Positions 8,147-18,380 are shown, counted from the stretch's first letter. The stretch: DNA of 29,972 nucleotides from a virus (IMGVR_UViG_3300032038_000042), one strand, 5' to 3'. A program made the numbers and translations. The notes: generated from the sequence alone by a model not told the origin.

Positions 8147-11065
8147 TTAATTCCACTCTCCACCGTCTATAACAGAGTTGTTATTAAGTATAATACCAGA
8201 ATGGTTTGGAAGTACGTTTTCTACAGGATGTGCAGTAGGTCTTTCAGAAGGATTAAGTACCTCAACTACTGTACCATCTGCAGCCCCAAGTTCGTAATCT
8301 AATGGAGCATATGGATCTGAACTGAACTTAAACAATTGAGCTTCTGTAAGTTTAGCGTATACAGATAAAGTGCTAAAGTTGTTTGACAAGTTCTCGTCAT
8401 AAGATGGTTCTACCGCGTGGGAATCGTAGAAGAGATTCAAAGCTAACGAATGAGATGCGTCATATACTTCTCTAACTTTGCTGTCAAAAATCTCTTTTAC
8501 AGGTTCGTTATCTTTGTCGTAAACTTGATTACCATCTTCGTCAAGTTTGTTACGTACAGTTTGTAACCACTCAATGTGGCCTTTTGTTGAATCACTAATA
8601 ACTTCTTCATATAAGTCATCAATGATTGCTTTAATAACTGTAAAGCCCTGGTTTACGTACTCTTCTGTAGTTAAAATACCAGAATACTGAGGTAAACTCA
8701 AGTTAGGTTCTTTTTCAAGATCTATACTAAACTTATAAGGATCTTCAAGATCTGGCAAATGTCGGAACTCTTCAAAGTTTAATCCGCTCTTTGTGCTATC
8801 TTTAATCCTTGTAGTCTTTACAGTAACTTCTACTCCTTCTGTATTTGGATCTCTTACGACAATATCGTCGAAGAAATACTCGCGGGTTTTTGGATTTGAA
8901 TCTTCTGGAGCAAACCATCTGAAACTTGTTGCATACAAACCGTATTCGGCATAACTTGAACTTCCAAAGCTTACTTTTACACCAGTTTCGTCATCTATAA
9001 GCTCGAGTCTAGAATCAAGAGCATAACCTTTAGCTGTAATAACTGGAATAAAGTTCTGATGAGTTAAAGCATCAAGATTCTCATCCTTAAATAAAACAGC
9101 AGCTGGATTTGTAAATGTAACTGTTGTTGAATCTGCTTCAATGTGTGTCTCTTTAGCTTGAACTGTATTTGTTACAGAATCGCCATCTACATACCTGCTA
9201 AGTTTTTCTGGATCTCTGAGAGGATGTAAGAAGTTTACAACACTTGCAACTTTTACACCATCAACTAAAATACCGATGAAGGAGCTTGAATTGTCGATAA
9301 TTTCAAAACGTTGTGTTTCGCCATTGTAAATTACCCAGTCACCTTTGTTAAGCATGTGAGTTGCATGCTTTGTGATAATTTCAATTAACTTATCCCTTTC
9401 AGCATTAAGTTGAGCAATAACATCTTCGTCAGTCTCGTTTGCAAGCCTTTCTTGTATTTCTGAAAGTCTTTTCTTTTCCTCTGCATTTGCAGCATTAAAG
9501 TCGTCTGGATCACTGTCTAAATGGAACAAGCTTGTATAATCTGAAATGTCTACAGATTCACCTTGATATATCCAATAGCAACCACTCTTAAGCTTTTCGT
9601 TTACTGCATCGCTACCACTTACTTGATTTGCTGCGTCTGTAGCACCTGCATCTGTTGCATCTTCAGATTCATCTAAGTTTTCCCAATTAGGACGTCCTTT
9701 AGTTAGAAGTACATTTTGAACGAAGTTTGTTACTGTAGTTTCGCTTGTTACATTCTCCCAATCTTCAAGTGCAGCTGTAAAGTGTCCTTGATATTTTGGA
9801 GCACCAAGTAAGAAGTCTGGTAACTGAGATGAGATAATTTTGTGTGTAGTCGGATCAATATCAACTTTTGTTAAGAACAACCTATCAATAAAGGACTGAA
9901 GATTGTCATGTAATGTAAAGTAGTCATCATCTCCAGTATAAGCGTCAGGTATACCATTTTTCCAAATATCTGTAGCATACTGATCTGCACGACCATTAAA
10001 CTTTAACTGAAGTTCCTGGAAAAGAGCGCTGTAAAGAGAAACAACTTTGTGCTTTACACCACCATCACTACTTGGTACGGATAAAATCAAATCACCTTCG
10101 TGTAAAGTTACATTAGCGAGCTCAGGTGCTATCTTGCTAATGTTGTAAACATTTCTACCTTTGTTTGTTTCTGCAAAAGGAATGTAATGTATGTAACCGT
10201 CTCCATCCTCGTTAAGTGTAACTACACCAGGTGTAACGGTAACTTCATTTGTTTCTTCATCCCTTGTAATTTCACAAAGAACTGAGATTTCTACTGGATT
10301 CCATCCAAACTCTTCTGTTAAATACTGATAGTGTCTAGCAGGTCCATCTAAAAAAGCTTTTAGTGTAGCAGCTTTAGTTTCTCCGTCTCCTTCATCTAAT
10401 AACGATCTCATTGAATTGGATACTAAAGCTTCTACGTTAATTTTTGTTAAAGCATCTGATGACCGACCCATTGGAAGTACAACAACCTGATCAAGAGCTG
10501 CACTGTAGAATACCAAATCACCAGGATTTATAGAGTTGTACCATTCACTGTAATTTGTATTACCTTGGGAATCTACACCAGCTACAAATGGTCTATCTAC
10601 TGTATTTGGTTGTCCTTGACCTACTACATTCTTGTAAGAATCTCTTTGGTCGTCTGCTGTGTACAACTTAATTGTGCTTGCACCGTTGTACAAAAAGATA
10701 AAGTTCGGATACTTTTTAATTTCTTCTTCAATATCTTCGAAGCTTGTTTTATCAAAAAGTACACCTCCCCACTTTAAAGATGAACCTGATCCAATTACGT
10801 AAACTTGTTTAGAGCTGTTGTTTCCAGCAAACAAATCACCTTGGAAAATTTTTCTAACATAAGACTGAGTTACGATATCATAAATTTCTGTAGCACCGGG
10901 TGTATAAGGAGTTGCATCTGTTTGAAGGAACAATTCTCCTTTTGCAAGTGGTTTGTCTAACAAGCGAGCTTGCAACTTACCTCTTGCAATTTGAACTACT
11001 TGACCTTTTTTATGAGTCTCAGCTGCAGGAGTTGGTATTACTGGGATTTCTTCTGTATCTGGCAT
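8147..11065 (-). CDS. Large acidic virion protein, tail-fibre-like; paralog of 11134..13959
   Basis: 972 aa. N-terminal VQIARG...LAKGELF resembles phage fibre N-termini. GD-hydrophobic repeats, LPxxSG motifs, ends IDGGEWN. Confidence 0.6.
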   Translation of the reverse strand: MPDTEEIPVIPTPAAETHKKGQVVQIARGKLQARLLDKPLAKGELFLQTDATPYTPGATEIYDIVTQSYVRKIFQGDLFAGNNSSKQVYVIGSGSSLKWGGVLFDKTSFEDIEEEIKKYPNFIFLYNGASTIKLYTADDQRDSYKNVVGQGQPNTVDRPFVAGVDSQGNTNYSEWYNSINPGDLVFYSAALDQVVVLPMGRSSDALTKINVEALVSNSMRSLLDEGDGETKAATLKAFLDGPARHYQYLTEEFGWNPVEISVLCEITRDEETNEVTVTPGVVTLNEDGDGYIHYIPFAETNKGRNVYNISKIAPELANVTLHEGDLILSVPSSDGGVKHKVVSLYSALFQELQLKFNGRADQYATDIWKNGIPDAYTGDDDYFTLHDNLQSFIDRLFLTKVDIDPTTHKIISSQLPDFLLGAPKYQGHFTAALEDWENVTSETTVTNFVQNVLLTKGRPNWENLDESEDATDAGATDAANQVSGSDAVNEKLKSGCYWIYQGESVDISDYTSLFHLDSDPDDFNAANAEEKKRLSEIQERLANETDEDVIAQLNAERDKLIEIITKHATHMLNKGDWVIYNGETQRFEIIDNSSSFIGILVDGVKVASVVNFLHPLRDPEKLSRYVDGDSVTNTVQAKETHIEADSTTVTFTNPAAVLFKDENLDALTHQNFIPVITAKGYALDSRLELIDDETGVKVSFGSSSYAEYGLYATSFRWFAPEDSNPKTREYFFDDIVVRDPNTEGVEVTVKTTRIKDSTKSGLNFEEFRHLPDLEDPYKFSIDLEKEPNLSLPQYSGILTTEEYVNQGFTVIKAIIDDLYEEVISDSTKGHIEWLQTVRNKLDEDGNQVYDKDNEPVKEIFDSKVREVYDASHSLALNLFYDSHAVEPSYDENLSNNFSTLSVYAKLTEAQLFKFSSDPYAPLDYELGAADGTVVEVLNPSERPTAHPVENVLPNHSGIILNNNSVIDGGEWN

Positions 11066-11073
11066 AAATTCTT

Positions 11074-11128
11074 ATCTCCATTTAATTACTAATTTAGTTT
11101 AACTTCAATTAGTAAATTAAATGGAGAT
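11074..11128. repeat. Inverted repeat carrying both ribosome-binding sites of the divergent paralogs
   Basis: 11074-11094 ATCTCCATTTAATTACTAATT is the reverse complement of 11107-11128 apart from one indel. Confidence 0.9.
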
Positions 11129-11133
11129 TTCAA

Positions 11134-13959
11134 GTGCCTACACCAAAAATTAAACATAGCAGAGGAGATGTATATTTAGGTAACCAAGCTGGACTTGAGG
11201 ACGGCCAATTTTTCTATTCATTTGTAAACCAGGACAAAAATACATCAGATAACCATACATACTCCGAAGGTCAGTTATGGATAAAAGATCCATCTTCAGA
11301 AGACTTAACAGAAATTGCAAATAGGCGCTCTCTAAAATCTCTTACATTCAGAGGATGGATATATAAGAGTTTTAAAGGTGATTTTTTAAACGCAAACGAT
11401 TCTACCGAAATTGCATTTAGTCATTGTCATGAAGGTGATTTTTGGATTTTAGATTACACAACAGACTCAACTACAAGTTTTACTACAAAGTTTAGAAAAG
11501 GTGATATACTTTTAATTACAAAAGCAGAATATACTATAGACTTAAATACTGAAAACGCTTTTAGGGATAAATTAAAAAATGTAGAGTATATTAAGATTCC
11601 TTTACCAAACTTAGATACAGATGATTCAGACTTAAACGAAGGTGATTATACAGATACAGTTAAACAACTAGAACAGCGTTTAAACTACAGAGGTGAGTTA
11701 GCAAGCGCTACAGATTTAGCTTCTGTTGATGCAAAAGTTGGATACACATATGTAGTTACAAAGCGCTTTGAAGTTCTTAAGAATCGTTTTGATACAGATA
11801 AGGAAAGAAATAAAGCTAGACAACCAAATGAGCTTGGTTACATAACTTTACGTGTTGGTGACCTGATAAAATATAATGGTGAAACTTGGACAATTATTCC
11901 AATTGGTCAAGCTGTTTCTGACATTATTTACATACCAAACGAAATTGCAATAGATAATGTAGACTCTTTTTCACCAGAACATAAAGAGCAATTAAAAAGC
12001 GCTAGAAACGTTTCTGAAGCTTTAGATATATTAAATATTACAAAAGCTCATTTAGGTGCAGATGGAAGGATTCCATACGAGGAATTACCAGAAGCTGTCG
12101 CACACGGTTTAACTTTACAAGGTCTTTGGCATCCTTTAACAGACATTGCTTTAACTGGAGAAATCTTCGATGCAAACGATCCTGCTAACCAAGCTGATTG
12201 GCCTATTAAAGATGAAAACTTTTCAAATTTATTCTGGATTGTAGATTGCGATGGAAAAGTAAACGTACAATATCATGATAAAACCGTTAAAAATCGTATA
12301 ATCGAATTTAACACTGGTGACTTTATTGTTTTCAGTACAGAAACAAAACGTTTTGAAGTAGTTGACAACTCAGATAGGTTAACATCTATTACAGTAACCA
12401 TTCCAACTGTTGCAGGTAAAAAACAGACTTTATTAGGTGATGTTGGAATTACAGCTGATAATAAAATTAAATTAAAAATAGATGGTAATCAAATTATCAT
12501 TGGCGGTGACAGACTTATAAGTCAAAGTTTACTTTCAGATGGAGAGCAAGGATATTTTCCAATATACTCTGGCGATGGAACAGAATTTGCTTGTAGTACA
12601 TTATATCAAGACCTTGAAACAAATACTATATACTCTAAACTTGGATTTCAAATTGGTACTTTAAATGATCCTAGTGATATAATCGATTATGGAAATATTG
12701 GAATTAGAAAAACACGCGGTGCTACAAAAACAACTTTTACAAATAATTTCTTCTTTATAGATTCTGCATCGACATTAAAATACAGTAACGGAGTTTTTTA
12801 CAGAACTACAAGGATAAGACCTAGCGAGAGAAATACTTTTGCAACTGCAGATGAAGAAATAGATATTTTCTTCCCAGAAGCTAGTTCTACAATGCTTGGT
12901 GTTTTCTTAAACGACTCTTTAACACGAAACTATTTATCAAAAGCAAACTACGATGGTTTTGTTACAGACTCTTTAACATCTGAACAATTTGTAAACGCTG
13001 CAGATGCTTCTTATGAAAGAGATGGTTTTAAAGAAAACTTCGAGCAAGGTTTTTCAAATGTAGGTATTGGACGTTCAACAGCTGAAGATAGCGAAACAGG
13101 TGAAATTACTTTTTATGCAAAATCAAAAGATAGATTATCTAGTCGTGGAGGTTTCTACGTACAGTTACACTCTATTTTAAATCTTAAAAGCCAAGGTGCA
13201 GACAAAGTAGAGCATTTACTTAGAAGAGAAAAAACTAGTAGAACACACTTGATCATTAATCCGACCGTATTGGAAGATGATATAGAAACTTTTGTTAACA
13301 TGCCAACTTGCTCTGGTACACTTTTAACATGGGAAGAATTATTAGCTATGTTTAGTAGAGGTGTACCATTAATGCTTCCAGCTTGGGAGCTAATGAATTT
13401 TAGGTTTAGAAAAGGTTTAATTGGTTTAGACACATCTCCAGTTACAATTAAAATAAATAGACCAGCTCACGATAACGTAGAGATAGATAGAGTAAACGAT
13501 TTAGGAGAAAACTACGGCGCTGGAGATAAATCAACCTGGTCTTATATAGATTCAAGTAAAAAAGGATCTTTACAAGATGATACCCGTGGTAGAATTGACG
13601 ATGTTGTTAGTTTTGACTCTTGGCTTGAAGCGCAAAGATCTATTGCAACTAAAGAAGCTTTTATTATACCTTCTACAGCTAAAAAAGATGGTAACGCTGT
13701 TGTTGATCCTGAGACATTAGATTATATAAAGGATCCAGAAGAAACAAAAAACGATACCTACGGAAAAAATAAAGCAGGTGGAAAATATCAAAGATTACTT
13801 CCATCTAGAACACTTTACGAAGATGAGCCTGTTTATTTCGATCCGGTTACAGGTAAAGAGTTACCTCAAAATACACGTCTAAAAGATGTAGAAATGCCTG
13901 CAGTCGGAGGAGTACTTTTAACTTCTAGATCCCGTATAGAAGGTGGAGTTTGGCTTTGA
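11134..13959 (+). CDS. Large virion protein, tail-fibre-like; paralog of 8147..11065
   Basis: 941 aa, GTG start after GGAG. Shares LP...QG, GD(W/F)...RFE(I/V)(I/V)DNS and terminal (D/E)GGxW motifs with its neighbour. Confidence 0.6.
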   Translation: MPTPKIKHSRGDVYLGNQAGLEDGQFFYSFVNQDKNTSDNHTYSEGQLWIKDPSSEDLTEIANRRSLKSLTFRGWIYKSFKGDFLNANDSTEIAFSHCHEGDFWILDYTTDSTTSFTTKFRKGDILLITKAEYTIDLNTENAFRDKLKNVEYIKIPLPNLDTDDSDLNEGDYTDTVKQLEQRLNYRGELASATDLASVDAKVGYTYVVTKRFEVLKNRFDTDKERNKARQPNELGYITLRVGDLIKYNGETWTIIPIGQAVSDIIYIPNEIAIDNVDSFSPEHKEQLKSARNVSEALDILNITKAHLGADGRIPYEELPEAVAHGLTLQGLWHPLTDIALTGEIFDANDPANQADWPIKDENFSNLFWIVDCDGKVNVQYHDKTVKNRIIEFNTGDFIVFSTETKRFEVVDNSDRLTSITVTIPTVAGKKQTLLGDVGITADNKIKLKIDGNQIIIGGDRLISQSLLSDGEQGYFPIYSGDGTEFACSTLYQDLETNTIYSKLGFQIGTLNDPSDIIDYGNIGIRKTRGATKTTFTNNFFFIDSASTLKYSNGVFYRTTRIRPSERNTFATADEEIDIFFPEASSTMLGVFLNDSLTRNYLSKANYDGFVTDSLTSEQFVNAADASYERDGFKENFEQGFSNVGIGRSTAEDSETGEITFYAKSKDRLSSRGGFYVQLHSILNLKSQGADKVEHLLRREKTSRTHLIINPTVLEDDIETFVNMPTCSGTLLTWEELLAMFSRGVPLMLPAWELMNFRFRKGLIGLDTSPVTIKINRPAHDNVEIDRVNDLGENYGAGDKSTWSYIDSSKKGSLQDDTRGRIDDVVSFDSWLEAQRSIATKEAFIIPSTAKKDGNAVVDPETLDYIKDPEETKNDTYGKNKAGGKYQRLLPSRTLYEDEPVYFDPVTGKELPQNTRLKDVEMPAVGGVLLTSRSRIEGGVWL

Positions 13960-13965
13960 AAAAAA

Positions 13966-14265
13966 TTACTTTTTCTTGGGAAAAACAGTAACATGTACAA
14001 TCGCGTATGGAAGTCGATCTAGTCTATCTAGAAAACCTTCCTCTACAATCTCAAACTTTCGAAGTGGAATGTTTCCATTAACACATTCTTTTATAAACAT
14101 TTCTCGGAATTCATTATAAGAAAAGCTTATATAAGCTTCATCGTTTACTTGCTCTTGTATAATGTTGTACAAGCGTTGTAGCTTAAAACTATTCCTACGA
14201 TATCTTGACATTCTTTTTAAAAGAACATCCTTTACATAATCGTATTTTGCTGAGTTGTCTAACAT
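13966..14265 (-). CDS. Hypothetical protein
   Basis: 99-aa ORF with GAGGA SD. Confidence 0.7.
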   Translation of the reverse strand: MLDNSAKYDYVKDVLLKRMSRYRRNSFKLQRLYNIIQEQVNDEAYISFSYNEFREMFIKECVNGNIPLRKFEIVEEGFLDRLDRLPYAIVHVTVFPKKK

Positions 14266-14391
14266 ACAGATCCTCTTTTGAAAATTAATTTTGCAGTTTG
14301 ATACGAAATTGAGTACTATACCTGGTTAAAGACTAAGTATTTCCTGGCTTAATTAATATAAAAAAGTTACAGAAAAGTCTTCCAGATTTTT

Positions 14392-14535
14392 TTAAATCTT
14401 TTCGCATTCAAAATAAAGAAAAACGAGTGAGTTAGACTTTACAGTTTTGTAAATTACATAACCATCTAAAGCCATCTCACTACAAACATCCTCAATCTCG
14501 TATACGGTTGGATTTTCAAGTACTTTTACTTTCAT
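14392..14535 (-). CDS. Small hypothetical protein (47 aa, not in the ORF track)
   Basis: MKVKVLENPTVYEIEDVCSEMALDGY...ECEKI. Its ATG overlaps the TGA of 14532..14807 (ATGA coupling). Confidence 0.55.
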   Translation of the reverse strand: MKVKVLENPTVYEIEDVCSEMALDGYVIYKTVKSNSLVFLYFECEKI

Positions 14536-14807
14536 AGTGTTTGACCTTCAGGATATATAATTTTTTCTGTTTTGAAATGTCTAAAATGTGTTTTGGATGC
14601 AGCAGTAATTAATTCCTGCAACTGTTGAGCATGCTCCAGTATTTTAGCCTTTGTAGATTCGTCCAAATCCTTTAACGAGATTCCAAATACATCCGATTCT
14701 GTCAAACCAGTAACAAATACATCTCTATCCTCCAAAAGACCTGTTTTAGAGGAAGGATATTTAAAAGTGTTTTCCTGAAAAACTTTTAACATATTGCTCT
14801 TATTCAA
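14532..14807 (-). CDS. Hypothetical protein
   Basis: 91-aa ORF, TTG start with AGGAG upstream, in a minus-strand operon. Confidence 0.7.
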   Translation of the reverse strand: MNKSNMLKVFQENTFKYPSSKTGLLEDRDVFVTGLTESDVFGISLKDLDESTKAKILEHAQQLQELITAASKTHFRHFKTEKIIYPEGQTL

Positions 14808-14812
14808 AATGA

Positions 14813-15175
14813 TTACTTCTCCTTTGTAATGTTTCTTTTTTGGATTTCTTCGTGCAAAAACTTTTTACGATTTTTTAGTCTCTGATAACTTACGAGAGTT
14901 TGTCTGTACCTTTCTTTAGCTGCAAAATACTGCTTGTAGACTTCAGCTCTTTTTAAACCCGGAATACCTGGCTGTGTACAGATAGCCTTGTAAGAGTTTT
15001 TTAGCTTCATAAAGCGAAGGAATTCATCTTTAAGTATGTAAGCTTTGTAGCGTTGCAGTTCTTTTGCTACGTTAGTTTCTTCTTGAAAGATACCGTTTGC
15101 TTCGTAATCTAAACAGTCTTTTTCCGTACTAAACTCGGAACCATCAATAGCGATGTATTTTGTAATAATTTTCAT
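14813..15175 (-). CDS. Hypothetical phage protein
   Basis: 120 aa. The N-terminal YIAIDGSEFSTEKDCLDYE pattern is common in small phage proteins. Confidence 0.75.
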   Translation of the reverse strand: MKIITKYIAIDGSEFSTEKDCLDYEANGIFQEETNVAKELQRYKAYILKDEFLRFMKLKNSYKAICTQPGIPGLKRAEVYKQYFAAKERYRQTLVSYQRLKNRKKFLHEEIQKRNITKEK

Positions 15176-15261
15176 ATTACCATTTAATATAGACTAAAAG
15201 CTTGTTATTTTTTCTGAAAAAATAGTAAGTAAAGTTTGTTAAACTAAGCTATATTCAAAGC

Positions 15262-16035
15262 ATGTTACTACAGTATAATAGAAATCCAAAATGCGAGTGT
15301 TCAAAATATCCAGATATTGAAAGTGTACCAATTTCAGAACGAGCTAGTACTACAGTTTTTTGGATGAAAGGTATAATTGTCGAAAACAACGTTTCGCATG
15401 AATGCGAATGTCACAGAAGATGGAGACTTTCCGAAAAGTACAATACTTTAGCTGCAAGCTTCGGATTACCAAGTTATTTTGATTTGTCAAAACTAAAGTA
15501 TTTGGGTACAGGTGACTCTTACAAAAAACTAAAAGCTTTACCTGGTATTATCAAAAACAATAATTTGCAAAACGTTTTAACTTTTGTGAGTGGTGAAGAT
15601 GGGTGTCAGAAAACTACAAGCTTAGCAAAACTTACGTACAACTTAGTTACGGAGGGTTATGCAGTAATTTATGTTAATTTTGCAGAGTTAATCGAAAAGA
15701 TTGTTGCAAAAGACCCAGCTCTTGATGAAATTGCAAATGTAGATTACCTGATAATTGATGATTGTTTTGTTGGAGAAACGATTAATTTTAAAACTGCATA
15801 TACCGCTTTTTACAACTTGTTATTAAAGAGATCAAAACCAACTATTATTTCTACAAAGTTTAGTAAAGATAACTTACTAACAAACAAAGCGAGCGTATCT
15901 TACAATTACGACATGCTTAAAAAGGTATTTGCGAAAGTAGATAAATTCAAGACTTATATAACCTTTAAAGACCATGTCGATAAGATTCTCGAAGTTGGTA
16001 CGGAAAACAAGGTTGTAGATATTTGGTCTTTGTGA
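15262..16035 (+). CDS. DnaC/DnaI-like helicase loader (P-loop ATPase with N-terminal Cys motifs)
   Basis: CEC...CECH, degenerate Walker A GEDGCQKT, Walker B YLIIDD, PTIIST. Directly upstream of the helicase. Confidence 0.75.
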   Translation: MLLQYNRNPKCECSKYPDIESVPISERASTTVFWMKGIIVENNVSHECECHRRWRLSEKYNTLAASFGLPSYFDLSKLKYLGTGDSYKKLKALPGIIKNNNLQNVLTFVSGEDGCQKTTSLAKLTYNLVTEGYAVIYVNFAELIEKIVAKDPALDEIANVDYLIIDDCFVGETINFKTAYTAFYNLLLKRSKPTIISTKFSKDNLLTNKASVSYNYDMLKKVFAKVDKFKTYITFKDHVDKILEVGTENKVVDIWSL

Positions 16036-16052
16036 AAGAGGAAAAAAAAGAA

Positions 16053-17507
16053 ATGAGTTTTAAGTCTAAAAAAGATTTTGTAATAAGTTGTATAACAGCT
16101 GCAGCAGGTACTGTTTGTAATCTAGATTACAGTTCTCGGGATTTTGAATTTGCAATCGGAAGAGAAACACAGGAACAAGCAGTTTGCTCTTCTTTTATTA
16201 GCTTTTACAAATCGATGGATCCTGAAAATGCAGCTCAATATGCTACACGTATAAACTTTAACGACTATTATCTTAATAAAAAAGGTACAGATAGTCTAAC
16301 AGATGTTGAAAACGAAATAATTGATTTGATTTACAATCAAATTGATTTCAATAAAACAAACAATAATGCAGACTTAAAAGAACCTGGAGGACTTTATAAA
16401 GAGTTAGCAAACGCAAGAAAGAAAATAAACCTTTCAAAATCTTTACAAGGTTTATCTACCTCTACAACGTTTAACCAGGATCCGGTAACTTGGACAGATA
16501 AGTATTGCGATGAGCTGCAAAAATCTATTTCTGAAGCTACAGAGGATTATGCAACAGACGAAGATGATAAAGTATATTTTGCAGATGATTTAGCAAAACA
16601 TTGTAAAGAAACATTAGATGCTCGTGAAAGTGGCGAAGTTTACATGTTTCATAATAAAGTTTTTGATAGCTTAATTACAGAAGGTCCAACTCCAGGTCAT
16701 GGAGGAATTATTGGTGGATCTACAGGTATGGGTAAGTCTGCTTTATGTTTGAATTTGGTAAACGATTTAATAAATGCAGATGTACCTGTAATGTATTTTC
16801 CAATTGAGATGGGTCTTGACAATACAATTGATCGTCTTGCAGCTATTAGATTGAAGATGAGCTTTAGAGATATTGCTCGCATCGGACGTCCTGAAAATCC
16901 TCCAGAGGTTCGCCAAGCTGTAGAAGCAGAAATTAACAAATTGAAAGTACATCCAAACTTTGCAATTGTTGGTAATCCAAACATTACAATGCGTAAGCTA
17001 AAGAATTATATCAAACGCTTTCAAGCAAAACTTCCCGGAAAGAAGTATTGTATTGTAATTATTGACTTGCTTTTGATGATTTCTGAGTTCTACGCAGATG
17101 ATGGAAACATGGCACAGATGATCGAAAAAGCTGTAAACAAACTCGACATTATGGCAAAAGAGTTAAATTGTCACTGGATTGGAGTCGTACAGTTAAACAG
17201 AAGTGTTGAAAGCGATAAAGTACAGTCTGTACAATCAATTGACAAACTTCGCCCGACTCGTTCAGCTATTAAAAACTCAAACGCTTTGTTGGAGCGTGCA
17301 AGATGGGCAATTACAATTTTTAGAAAAAAATATTTTGCAGATTTATATTTAACTGAAGAGGAAGCTTCTAATATTGACGATGTTGCTGAAATTCAGTTGA
17401 TGAAAGCTAACGACGAGGCGATTGGTAGACGCTATATGGATTTTGACGGTCCAAGTTTCCGCATGACATATAATGAAAATTACGGAAAGTCTGCTAATGG
17501 ATTTTAA
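16053..17507 (+). CDS. dnaB: DnaB-like replicative helicase
   Basis: GGSTGMGKS (H1), FPIEM (H1a), IIDLL (H2), QLNR (H3). ATG 16053 follows GAGGA. Confidence 0.88.
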   Translation: MSFKSKKDFVISCITAAAGTVCNLDYSSRDFEFAIGRETQEQAVCSSFISFYKSMDPENAAQYATRINFNDYYLNKKGTDSLTDVENEIIDLIYNQIDFNKTNNNADLKEPGGLYKELANARKKINLSKSLQGLSTSTTFNQDPVTWTDKYCDELQKSISEATEDYATDEDDKVYFADDLAKHCKETLDARESGEVYMFHNKVFDSLITEGPTPGHGGIIGGSTGMGKSALCLNLVNDLINADVPVMYFPIEMGLDNTIDRLAAIRLKMSFRDIARIGRPENPPEVRQAVEAEINKLKVHPNFAIVGNPNITMRKLKNYIKRFQAKLPGKKYCIVIIDLLLMISEFYADDGNMAQMIEKAVNKLDIMAKELNCHWIGVVQLNRSVESDKVQSVQSIDKLRPTRSAIKNSNALLERARWAITIFRKKYFADLYLTEEEASNIDDVAEIQLMKANDEAIGRRYMDFDGPSFRMTYNENYGKSANGF

Positions 17508-17561
17508 AGCAAAAAATTGATTTTTTAAAACTATATTTTCGGAAACATTAGGAGTTAAAGT

Positions 17562-17864
17562 TTGGCAGTAAAGCTTGATTATTTTGAAGGAATGGTTAAA
17601 TCTATTAACAGAAAGTATAAGTATGACCTTTCTGTTGATATGCAAGGAAGTCAGATCGAGTTGAAAAGTAAAAAAGGACGAGTTTTTGGTACAGACAAAC
17701 CTAGCCTTTTTGAAAGCGCTTTAAAGTCTTTAAAAGAAGATGGAACTATTTCTCACTACCTTTTCGAGGAAAGAAAAGAGTATATATCTTTTATAGAGGA
17801 TAAGAAAAAGCAAGGAGTAAATCCGAAAGCTGCTCACTTAGAATACTTTAAAAACCTTTTGTGA
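17562..17864 (+). CDS. Hypothetical protein
   Basis: 100 aa, TTG start with AGGAG SD and an upstream TATATT box. Confidence 0.75.
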   Translation: MAVKLDYFEGMVKSINRKYKYDLSVDMQGSQIELKSKKGRVFGTDKPSLFESALKSLKEDGTISHYLFEERKEYISFIEDKKKQGVNPKAAHLEYFKNLL

Positions 17865-17902
17865 AAATATTTTAAAAAAATAAGAAAAAGGAGAAAACTA
17901 TA

Positions 17903-18298
17903 ATGAAGAAGTTTTGTTTGTTTGTTTGTTTGTTTGTTTGTTTGTTTGTTTGTTTGTTTGTAGGATGTGGAAATCCTTCAAACTCTTCAGATTCTGAAGC
18001 TACTTATATGTACGAAGGTGGTATCATACCAAGAACACAAATGGTGTTTAGAACTGATTGCACCTATTCAGAAATAAATAGTGCAAAAAATTACTTTCGT
18101 CAAATCACGATAGATGATTATTTTATAGAACATGATGTGCATATAGAAGAAATTCAAGAATTTTTACTGGAACATTCATCTAGAAGTGAAACCGAAACTG
18201 TTATAAATGCATTAAACAATACAGGAAATTGCATATGCTATTTTAACATAAATGGTAGGCCAGACTATGTATATTGGGTATACGGTCAAATAGAATAA
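17903..18298 (+). CDS. Lipoprotein with a simple-sequence-repeat-encoded signal peptide
   Basis: AGGAG SD, MKK, hydrophobic F(CLFV)4, lipobox LFVG-C and a Ser/Asn-rich tether. Confidence 0.8.
   Translation: MKKFCLFVCLFVCLFVCLFVGCGNPSNSSDSEATYMYEGGIIPRTQMVFRTDCTYSEINSAKNYFRQITIDDYFIEHDVHIEEIQEFLLEHSSRSETETVINALNNTGNCICYFNINGRPDYVYWVYGQIE
17913..17960 (+). repeat. Perfect tetranucleotide microsatellite (TTTG)12
   Basis: 48 bp, 12 uninterrupted units, counted directly. Confidence 0.97.
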
Positions 18299-18349
18299 TT
18301 CTACCTATAATAGACTTGATTCTTACTATTACTAGTAAATAATTTTTTA

Positions 18350-18379
18350 AAAAAGGTCACTTAAAAATGTGACCTTTTT
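18350..18379. terminator. Intrinsic terminator
   Basis: AAAAAGGTCAC-loop-GTGACCTTTTT. Confidence 0.85.
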
Positions 18380-18380
18380 C

